Assembly (NCBI RefSeq): GCF_000429905.1
Contig: NZ_AUCT01000030.1
Coordinates: 16,899 to 48,898, forward strand
DNA from: Desulfatibacillum aliphaticivorans DSM 15576
Lineage (GTDB): Bacteria; Desulfobacterota; Desulfobacteria; Desulfobacterales; Desulfatibacillaceae
DNA length: 32,000 bases
Direction of reading: 5' to 3'
Shown in pieces: positions 7,928-15,585 of the stretch (position 1 is the stretch's first letter; each line of letters starts with the position of its first letter). The notes beneath the pieces were generated by a model that was not told the origin of the DNA, ran no database searches, and saw only the letters and a program-made list of their open reading frames with translations. A program made the translations under genes and the position numbers.

Positions 7928-10900
7928 ATGAAGATTTCGCGCAGGGGGTTTTTCAAGACCGCTGGAGCTGGGGCGGCGGCGGGCGTTCTGACCGGAAAGG
8001 CTGACAAGTCTCTTGCGGCCCTGCCGACTCGGGAAGACCCTTTTGCCAATGCGGTTTCCACGACCTCCGTATGCCCTTTCTGCGCCGTGGGCTGCGGCTC
8101 GATCATCAAGGCCCTGGACGGAAAAGTCGTGCAGATCGAAGGAGACCCGGAGCATCCCATCAACCAGGGGGCCTTGTGCTCCAAGGGCCTGGCGTTTTCG
8201 CAAACGGTCAACAGCCCGGGCAGGCTGCAAAAGGTTATGTATCGGGCGCCCGGCAGTGATCATTGGGAGGAGAAATCCTGGGAATGGGCCTTGCCCCGCA
8301 TGGCCGCGCTGATCAAGAAGACGCGGGACGCCTCCTTTGTGCAGGAAAAGGACGGCCGCACGGTCAACCGGACCGAAGGCCTTGCCTGCCTGGGCGGCGC
8401 GGCCCTGGATAATGAGGAGTGCTACCTTTACGCCAAGCTGGCCCGGGCTTTGGGAGTCGTCTACCTGGAGCATCAGGCGCGCATCTGACACAGCGCCACC
8501 GTCGCCAGTCTGGCGGCAACGTTTGGAAGAGGCGCCATGACCAACCATTGGATCGACATGGCCAACGCCGACGTGGTTATGGTCTGCGGCTCCAATGTGG
8601 TGGAAAACCATCCCATAGCCAGCCGGTGGCTGCAAAAAGCCCGGGAGCGAGGGGCCATAATCCTTTCTGTGGATCCCCGATACACCCGAACATCCTCTTT
8701 CGCCGACCATTATTGCCGTCTGCGAAGCGGCACGGACATCGCCTTTGTGGGCGGCATGATCCGCTACGCCCTGGAGCACAACCGAATTCATCGCGAATAC
8801 GTGGTCAACTATACCAACGCTTCGTTTATTATCTCGCCCGACTTTGAATTCCACGAAGGCTTGTTTTCAGGCTACGACCAGGAAGCCCGAAGCTACGACA
8901 AGTCCTCCTGGGCCTACGAATGCGACGCCTCGGGCGCTCCCCTCCGGGACGAAACCCTGACCCATGAACGCTGCGTGTTCCAGTTGCTGAAAAAGCATTT
9001 TGACCGGTACGATCCCCAGACCGTTTGCAGCATCACCGGCGCTCCGCAGGACGCCTACGAAAAGATTTGCGACCTGTACACATCGTCAGGCCAGGCGGGA
9101 AAAGCCGGAACCTGGCTGTACGCCATGGGCGCCACCCAAAGCACCCACGGCGCCCAGAACATCCGCACATACGCCATGCTGCAGCTTTTGCTGGGCAATA
9201 TCGGCGTGGCTGGCGGGGGCGTAAACGCCTTGCGGGGGGAGTCCAACGTTCAGGGCTCCACGGACATGGCTTTGCTCTTCCATATTCTGCCGGGCTACCT
9301 GAAAAACCCCAACGCGTCCGACCAAAGCCTGGAGCAATACCTCAAGCGATGCACGCCCGTCTCAAACGATCCAAAATCCGCCAACTGGTGGGGCAACACC
9401 CCCAAGTACATGGTTTCGCTGCTCAAGGCCTGGTTTGGAGATCACGCAACCCCGGAGAACGATTTCGCCTTTGACTGGCTGCCCAGGCACAGCGTGAACA
9501 GCTCCTATATTCCCTTGTTTGAAGCCATGCATAAGGGAGACGTCCAGGGCCTGATTTTGTTCGGGCAGAACCCGGCTGTCAGCGGCCCCCATGCTGGCAG
9601 GGAGCGGGAAGCGCTTTCCCGGCTGAAATGGATGATCGCCGTGGATCTTTTCGAGACTGAAACCGCCGGGTTCTGGAAGCGGCCGGGCGTGAACGCAAAG
9701 GACATCGACACCGAGGTTTTTCTACTGCCTGCGGCCGCCTCCGTAGAAAAGGAAGGCAGCATCACCAACAGCGGCCGCTGGGCCCAATGGCGGTATAAGG
9801 CAGTCGAGCCGCCCGGGGACGCCCGTCCCGACCTCTGGGTGCTGAATTCCCTGTTTAACGCGGTAAGAAAGGAATACCAGGCCGGCGGAGTCTTCCCGGA
9901 GCCCATTGTGCACTTGAATTGGGATTACGCCTTGGAAGGCGATCCCCACCATGAGCCCGATCCCCACATAGTCGCCAAAGAGGTGAACGGATATTTCACC
10001 CGCGAGACCACGGTCAAGGGCAAAACCTTTGCCAAGGGGGATCAGGTTCCGTCCTTCGCCTATCTGACGGACGACGGCGCCACTTGTTCGGGCAACTGGC
10101 TTTATTGCAACGCCTACACCGGCCCGGAAAAATCAGACAACCGCATGGCCCGCAGGGGAAGGGATGACGCCCCCAGCAACATCGGCCTGTTTCCCGAGTG
10201 GACCTGGTGCTGGCCGGTCAACCGGCGCATTCTATACAACCGGGCCTCCGTGGACCTGGAAGGCAGGCCCTGGAACCCGGAGCGCTTCGTTATCAGATGG
10301 AATCCCGAAGAATCCTCCTGGGAGGGGGACGTCCCGGACGGGGGATGGCCTCCGGGGTCAAAGCATCCCTTTATCATGCAGCCGGACGGCCACGGCCAGC
10401 TTTGGGCCAGATTTTTGGCCGACGGCCCCCTGCCCGAGCATTACGAGCCCTTTGAAAGCCCCATTGTCAACCCCATGTCCCGCAGCCAAAACAACCCGGC
10501 GGTTAAAATCTGGCGCGAAAAGCCGGGCGATAAGAACCCATTCGGAGATCGGGAGAAATTTCCCATCGTGGCCACGACCTATCGCATGACCGAGCATTGG
10601 CTGGGCGGCGCCATGACCCGCAACACGCCCTGGCTGGCGGAGCTGGTTCCCAACGTGTTTGCGGAAATCGGGACAGAGCTTGCGGAAGAGCACGGAATTT
10701 CCAACGGCGATAAAATCATTATAGAGTCGGCCCGGGGCGAAATCGAGGTCTACGCCCTGGTGAGCTCCCGCATTCCCTCCTTCAAGCTGGAAGGCCGCAC
10801 CGTGCATCAGGCGGGGCTGGTCTGGCATTTCGGATACCAGGGGATCGCCAAGGGGGACAGCGCCAACATGCTCACCCCCAACGTGGGCGACGCCAACACC

Positions 10901-10963
10901 ATGATTCCCGAATTCAAAGCCTTTTTATGCCGAATTAAAAAGGCGGAAAGGAGCCCGGCATGA
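7928..10963 (+). CDS. fdhA: Formate dehydrogenase catalytic (alpha) subunit, Mo/W-bis-PGD enzyme, selenocysteine-containing, Tat-exported
   Basis: ORFs 7883-8488 and 8537-10963 are in the same frame and are interrupted only by TGA at 8486-8488. Read-through gives LEHQARI-U-HSATVASLAATFGRGAMTNHW. From memory this is the FdnG/FdhA selenocysteine active-site context. The twin-arginine signal is MKISRRGFFKTAGAGAAAG. The N-terminal Fe-S motif is CPFCAVGCG..C. AGGAG lies 7 nt upstream of ATG 7928. The product is 1011 aa with U at residue 187. Confidence 0.9.
8493..8535 (+). promoter_or_regulatory. Candidate bacterial SECIS stem-loop directing Sec insertion at UGA 8486-8488
   Basis: The apical hairpin is GUCGCCA-GUC-UGGCGGC at 8501-8517. 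Its apex lies about 22 nt 3' of the UGA and the loop contains GU, as I recall for E. coli fdhF/fdnG SECIS. A lower stem pairs GCGCC (8493-8497) with GGCGC (8531-8535). I did not compute a fold. Confidence 0.5.
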
Positions 10964-11751
10964 AAGCATTGCTCATGGATACCACGCTTTGCATAGCCTG
11001 CCGGGGATGCCAGGTGGCCTGCAAGCAGTGGAACCGTCTGGACGCCGAGCAAACCTCCTTTTTTCACGGGGGCGGCTACCAGAATCCGGCGCACCGCTCG
11101 ACCCGGACCTGGAACCTCATCACCTTCAATGAAGTGGAAAACGGCCATGGCATGGACTGGGTGTTCGGCAGAAGGCAGTGCAACCATTGCATAGAACCCG
11201 CCTGCGTGACCGCATGCCCTGTCGGAGCCTTGACGAAAACCGCCGAAGGCCCGGTGCATTACGATGAATCCCGGTGCTTCGGCTGCCGGTACTGCCAGGT
11301 GGTCTGCCCGTTTAACGCCCCGCGTTTTGAATGGAACGATCCCAACCCGGAAATCCGCAAATGCACCATGTGCGCGGACCGCATCGCCATGGGCTCGGAA
11401 CCGGCTTGCTCCCAGTCGTGCACAACCAAGGCTTTGATCTTCGGCGATCGTGAAGAACTGCTGTCCCTGGCCAAAGAGCGCATTGCCAAAAGCCCCAACC
11501 GGTATGTCTCCCATATTTACGGAGAAAAGGAAGCGGGCGGCGCCTGCGTTTTGTATCTGGCCAAGGCGCCGTTCGAAAAAATGGGCTTTGCAACCGGACT
11601 TCCGGACAAACCCTTTTCCAGCGAGGTCAAAACCGCCATGGCCGCCATCCCCTTCGCCATCACCGGCAGCGCCCTGGCCTTGGGCGCTTTATACTGGGTT
11701 ATCAATCGCAGGCTGGAATCATACAAGGAAAGCTCCGAGGACGAATCATGA
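10960..11751 (+). CDS. fdhB: Formate dehydrogenase iron-sulfur (beta) subunit, 4x[4Fe-4S] ferredoxin-type with C-terminal membrane anchor
   Basis: ATGA start/stop overlap with fdhA, and AAAGGAG lies upstream. Four Cys clusters are present (CIACRGCQVAC, CNHCIEPACVTACP, CFGCRYCQVVCP, CTMCADR..C..SC). The C-terminal hydrophobic helix is AMAAIPFAITGSALALGALYWVI. Confidence 0.85.
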   Translation: MKALLMDTTLCIACRGCQVACKQWNRLDAEQTSFFHGGGYQNPAHRSTRTWNLITFNEVENGHGMDWVFGRRQCNHCIEPACVTACPVGALTKTAEGPVHYDESRCFGCRYCQVVCPFNAPRFEWNDPNPEIRKCTMCADRIAMGSEPACSQSCTTKALIFGDREELLSLAKERIAKSPNRYVSHIYGEKEAGGACVLYLAKAPFEKMGFATGLPDKPFSSEVKTAMAAIPFAITGSALALGALYWVINRRLESYKESSEDES

Positions 11752-13001
11752 ACCGAAAAACCGCTCCCATCCACCCCGGCCCGGCGCTTTTAGGCGGTTT
11801 GGCCTGCCTGGGCCTGTCCGCCGTCATCTATCGTTTTTGGGCGGGCATCGGCGCGGTCAGCAACCTGACCGACGGGCATCCCTGGGGATTTTGGGTGGCC
11901 ATAGACATTCTGGCGGGGGTGGCCCTGGCCGCCGGCGGCTTTGTGACGGCCGGGCTGGTGTATATTTTCGGAGGAAAACGGTTTGCGGAACTGGCCAGAC
12001 CTGCTGTTTTGACCGCGTTTTTGGGATATGTGATGTTCGTCCTGGGGCTGATCGTGGACATGGGCAGGCCCTGGCACATGCTGTACATTTTCGTGGGCAA
12101 CCACAACTCGCCTTTGTACGAAATAGGCTGGTGCGCGTCCCTGTACACCCTGGTCCTGGCCCTGGAGCTTTTGCCGCCGGTGTTTGAAAAACACTCCATG
12201 GACCGGGCGCAGCGCCTGTGGCGCAGCCTGTCCCCTTGGCTGGTCATTGTCCTGCTTTCCGTCTTCACCCTGGCCATGACCTATTCCTGGATCTGGCTTG
12301 CCATCGTCGCCAGCCTTTTATTGGCCTGGGAAATCCTCATGAGAAAAGGAGTCATGGGGCGCCAAAGACAAACGCCTATTTTGCTGATCGCGTCAGGCGT
12401 GATGCTGTCCTTTTTGCATCAGTCATCCTTGGGCAGTTTGTACTTAATGACCGCCCACTCCCTGAACCCCCTGTGGCACTCGCCGTTGCTGCCCATCATG
12501 TTTTTGATTTCCGCCATTGCAGCCGGGATGGCCATGGTTGCCTTGGAATCCCTGGCCGGGGAGCGTTTCCTGGGGCATAAGGCGCCCTTTTCCCCTTTGG
12601 TGGACATGGCCCGGATCGTTCCGGTTTTCCTGATTATCTACCTGGCCATAAAAGCCGGAGACATCCTGGCCTACGGGGATTGGCGCGGCTTGTTAAGCCT
12701 CAACCTGCAGTCCTTCATGTGGTGGGTTGAAATGGGCGCGGGCGTTGCTGCGCCGCTTATCCTGTATCTCACCCCCGGCTTTGTGCAGAAAAAAAGCGGG
12801 CTGGCCCTGGCCTCCGGCCTGGTGGTTGGCGGGCTTATCATCAACCGGGTGAACGTGGCCGTTATCGGCCTGCAGGTTCAACGCTGGCAAAGCTACTATC
12901 CCCACCCATTGGAAATCCTTATCACGATGGGAATCGTCTCAGCGGGCCTCCTGACCTACGCCTGGGCCATCGCCAATCTGCCAATCCACCCTCGGGAATA
13001 G
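11748..13001 (+). CDS. NrfD/PsrC-family polytopic membrane subunit (quinone-interacting anchor) of the formate dehydrogenase
   Basis: ATGA overlap with fdhB. The 417-aa protein is very hydrophobic with about 8-10 predicted helices. Its sequence style (GHPWGFWVAIDILAGVALAAGG, SPLYEIGWC) is typical of NrfD/HybB/PsrC-type subunits. Confidence 0.8.
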   Translation: MNRKTAPIHPGPALLGGLACLGLSAVIYRFWAGIGAVSNLTDGHPWGFWVAIDILAGVALAAGGFVTAGLVYIFGGKRFAELARPAVLTAFLGYVMFVLGLIVDMGRPWHMLYIFVGNHNSPLYEIGWCASLYTLVLALELLPPVFEKHSMDRAQRLWRSLSPWLVIVLLSVFTLAMTYSWIWLAIVASLLLAWEILMRKGVMGRQRQTPILLIASGVMLSFLHQSSLGSLYLMTAHSLNPLWHSPLLPIMFLISAIAAGMAMVALESLAGERFLGHKAPFSPLVDMARIVPVFLIIYLAIKAGDILAYGDWRGLLSLNLQSFMWWVEMGAGVAAPLILYLTPGFVQKKSGLALASGLVVGGLIINRVNVAVIGLQVQRWQSYYPHPLEILITMGIVSAGLLTYAWAIANLPIHPRE

Positions 13002-13055
13002 GGCTTCGCCTCCCTGATCGCCCGCCTTGACCGGGCGCCTTCGGTGTATATATTA

Positions 13056-13097
13056 TTGGTTCTTATTATCGAAATTGTGGTAATAAGCTAGAACCAA
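13056..13097. promoter_or_regulatory. Imperfect 42-bp inverted repeat between the fdh operon end and the thioesterase gene (operator or weak terminator candidate)
   Basis: TTGGTTCT (13056-13063) pairs with AGAACCAA (13090-13097). An inner pair is TATTA (13064-13068) with TAATA (13081-13085). The element lies in an AT-rich spacer 28 nt upstream of ATG 13125. Confidence 0.3.
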
Positions 13098-13124
13098 AGA
13101 ATATAGAAAGGCGGAAAAATTATT

Positions 13125-13916
13125 ATGCACCGATTTGACGAAGATATTGCAGTCTCCCCCAAAGAGGGTTCCACATATGCAGCCAAGGTGACGGACAACT
13201 GGTCCATCATGGGCATTCCCAACGGCGGATACCTGATGGCCCTGCTGACCAACGCCATGCTCCAGCAAAGCAAAAACGAAAACATCCTGGTGGTGACCGC
13301 CACCTATCTTTCCAAACTAAAACCCGGACCTGCGGATCTTGTTGTGGAGAACTTCGCATCGTCCCTGAACCTGGACAGGTATCAAACCCGGTTGATCCAG
13401 GACGGCCGGGAATGCATTCGCGCCATGGGAACCTTCCGGCCCTCCAACATGGACCGGAGCGAAGACCGGTGCGAAAAGCAGGCGCCCGAACTGGCGCCCG
13501 TGGAGCAATGCGTCCAGGTCCCGGTCATGCCCAACTTCACCTTGTTTGACAACATGGACGAATACCTGGACCCGGATTCAGCGGGCTGGATGTCGGGCAA
13601 TCTGTCGGACGTCTCAGAGATAAAAGGCTGGATCAAATTCAAGGAGGACCGGCCTTTTGACCATCTGTCCGTGCTGCTTATGGCGGACTCATTTCCTCCT
13701 CCCATCATGGCGACCAAAGGCATGGCCGGATGGGTGCCCACGGTGGAGCTTTCCGTGAACGTGTACGAGATTCCCGCCACCCCATGGCTGAAATGCCGGT
13801 TTCGCACCGACTTCATGAGCCGGGGCTTTTTGCAGGAAGACGGAGAGCTTTGGGACGAAAACGGTACCCTCATCGCCGTCTCCCGCCAAGTGGCCCAATT
13901 CAAACGCGCCAAATAG
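13125..13916 (+). CDS. Acyl-CoA thioesterase-like (TesB/4HBT_3 hot-dog fold family) protein
   Basis: 263-aa ORF with an ATG start. The N-terminal region WSIMGIPNGGYLMALL resembles the thioesterase-like superfamily. This call is from memory of the family pattern only. Confidence 0.6.
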   Translation: MHRFDEDIAVSPKEGSTYAAKVTDNWSIMGIPNGGYLMALLTNAMLQQSKNENILVVTATYLSKLKPGPADLVVENFASSLNLDRYQTRLIQDGRECIRAMGTFRPSNMDRSEDRCEKQAPELAPVEQCVQVPVMPNFTLFDNMDEYLDPDSAGWMSGNLSDVSEIKGWIKFKEDRPFDHLSVLLMADSFPPPIMATKGMAGWVPTVELSVNVYEIPATPWLKCRFRTDFMSRGFLQEDGELWDENGTLIAVSRQVAQFKRAK

Positions 13917-13927
13917 GAATTTATTGT

Positions 13928-14981
13928 GGGCAGCCCAGGTGCATGCCTTCCCTGGGCTGCCCCGAACTATCCGTTTCGGGCTTCAACCATCTGTTTTGGT
14001 GACCAACACTCTTCCTCAGAAAAAAAATCAAACACAACTTCAAAGCCGTCATCATTCCATAACAACCTGTGCGCCCCCCAACCAGGGTGGCCCAGGCAAA
14101 TCTTTTTTTTGCCTGGGCGCGTAAGCGCAAAAGGCGCGACCCGTGGGGATAATCGGATTCTGGTATGGTCGGCGGGCGGTTGGTTTTTCAGGAATCCCAG
14201 CCTCTTTCGGCATTGCCGGTTAAAAAAAAACGAAGGTTTCCATAAGCATTTCCTCAAGCCTTTTGTGCTGCGCACTCAGGCAGTAAACTGCACTGCCTGA
14301 GCCACCCGGAACTTTTTAGGCCGCAATCATCATTTTTGGTGACCAACTATCTTCATTGGATAAAAGGCCAAATATTGGGGCGTCACAACCGTCTTCACAC
14401 CATAACAACCTGGGCGCCCCCCAACCAGGGCGGCCCAGGCAAGGCTTTTTTTGCCTGGGCGCGTAAGCGCAAAAGGCGCGACCAGAGAAAATAATCAAGG
14501 CCTGGCATGGTCGGCGGGCGATCGGATATACATGAAACCGGCCTATTCAGGCGACACTGGTTCAGGAAAAATATTGGTTTCTGTAATCGCTTCCTCACGC
14601 CTTCTGTGCTTTGCACTCAGGCAGTAAACTACACTGCCTGAGCCACCCGAAACCTTTTGGGCTGCAACTATTTGTTTTGGTGACCAACACTCTTCATTAG
14701 ATAAAAAGCCAAATGCGGCGTCACAACCGTCATCACTCCATAACAACCTGTGCGCCCCCCAACCAGGGTGGCCCAGGCAAGGCTTTTTTTGCCTGGGCGC
14801 GTCAGCGCAAAAGGCGCGGCCTGGAAAGATAGTCGAAATCGGGCGTGGCAGGCGGGCGGTTGACTTTGCAGTAATCCCTGCTTTATCGGCCGACAGCAAT
14901 TCAGGAAAGGCACTGGTTTCTGTAATCGCTTCCTCACGCCTTCTGTGCTTTGCACTCAGGCAGTAAACGACACTGCCTGAG
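13928..14981 (+). repeat. Head-to-tail array (locus C) of three ~340-bp structured repeat units (13928-14274, 14275-14615, 14616-14954) closed by a terminal H1 hairpin (14955-14981)
   Basis: Perfect 10-bp-stem hairpins CTCAGGCAGT-N7-ACTGCCTGAG lie at 14275-14301, 14616-14642 and 14955-14981, giving periods of 341 and 339 nt. H2 hairpins CCCAGGCAA(A)-loop-(T)TTGCCTGGG lie at 14091-14117, 14434-14459 and 14772-14797. A conserved core TGGTGACCAAC...CCATAACAACCTGNGCGCCCCCCAACCAGGG is shared. Indels between units break every reading frame. Confidence 0.9.
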
Positions 14982-15043
14982 CCGCCCACTGCTTTTTAGG
15001 CGATACTATTTGCTGCGGAGAGCCTGTCTAAGCAGTTAAGTCA

Positions 15044-15074
15044 GCCGTCCTCGGACGGCTCTCTCCATTTTTTT
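15044..15074 (+). terminator. Candidate intrinsic terminator on the + strand just after the repeat array
   Basis: GCCGTCC (15044-15050) and GGACGGC (15054-15060) form a stem with a tight tcg loop, or a shorter stem with a larger loop. A T7 run follows at 15068-15074. The 7-nt gap between stem and T-run is longer than ideal. Confidence 0.45.
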
Positions 15075-15172
15075 CGCTGCGAGCAAGGGGTTGTATTTTT
15101 AAGCGCTTTGCCGTAAAGCCATTGGACAAAGAGGGGGAGGCAAAACTCACAAAAGCGGGAAGAGGTTCGCCC

Positions 15173-15574
15173 ATGGATTATTGCAAAGGAAAAATAGCCA
15201 AGCTGCTCACGGATTTTTTCGAGGAAGACTTTCGCAGGATCAATCACGCCCTGGAAGTGCTGAAATACGCGGAAAAAGCTATGGGAAAGTACGAAGACGC
15301 GGACGAAGAAATCGTCATCGCCTCGGCCCTGCTGCACGACGTGGGCATCAAGCCCTCAGAGGCCAAACTGGGTTACAACAACGGCAAGACTCAGGAGGAT
15401 TTCGGCCCGCCCGCGGCAAAAGAACTGCTTGGACGCATTGACTTCCCCGCGGATAAAACCCAAAAGGTTTGCGAGATTATCGGCAATCATCATTCCCGGT
15501 CCCGTTACGATTACGTGGAGTTGAAAATCCTGAAGGAAGCGGACCTCATCGTCAACAGGATGGAAGGGGATTGA
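15173..15574 (+). CDS. HD-domain metal-dependent phosphohydrolase (small, single domain)
   Basis: H...HD signature is present (INHALEVLKYAE ... ASALLHDVGIK ... IIGNHHS). The track ORF begins at TTG 15122 with no RBS. ATG 15173 is preceded by GGGAAGAGG, so I prefer it. Confidence 0.7.
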   Translation: MDYCKGKIAKLLTDFFEEDFRRINHALEVLKYAEKAMGKYEDADEEIVIASALLHDVGIKPSEAKLGYNNGKTQEDFGPPAAKELLGRIDFPADKTQKVCEIIGNHHSRSRYDYVELKILKEADLIVNRMEGD

Positions 15575-15585
15575 ATCATCGTCCC

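Noticed and set aside
14038-14058. Minus-strand reading of the repeat core contains ATGATGA followed by CTGA-like elements, reminiscent of box C/D sRNAs.
   Set aside because: Box C/D RNPs are archaeal or eukaryotic. The rest of the window is clearly bacterial, with Sec-FDH and a bacterial-type SECIS, Shine-Dalgarno sites and a Tat signal. The short motifs are expected by chance.
13928-14981. CRISPR array or integron cassette array as an explanation for the regularly spaced H1 hairpins.
   Set aside because: The period is about 340 nt, and the inter-hairpin 'spacers' are homologous to each other, unlike CRISPR spacers. No cas genes are present. No attC-like R''/R' core sites (RYYYAAC / GTTRRRY) flank the hairpins, and no intI is present.
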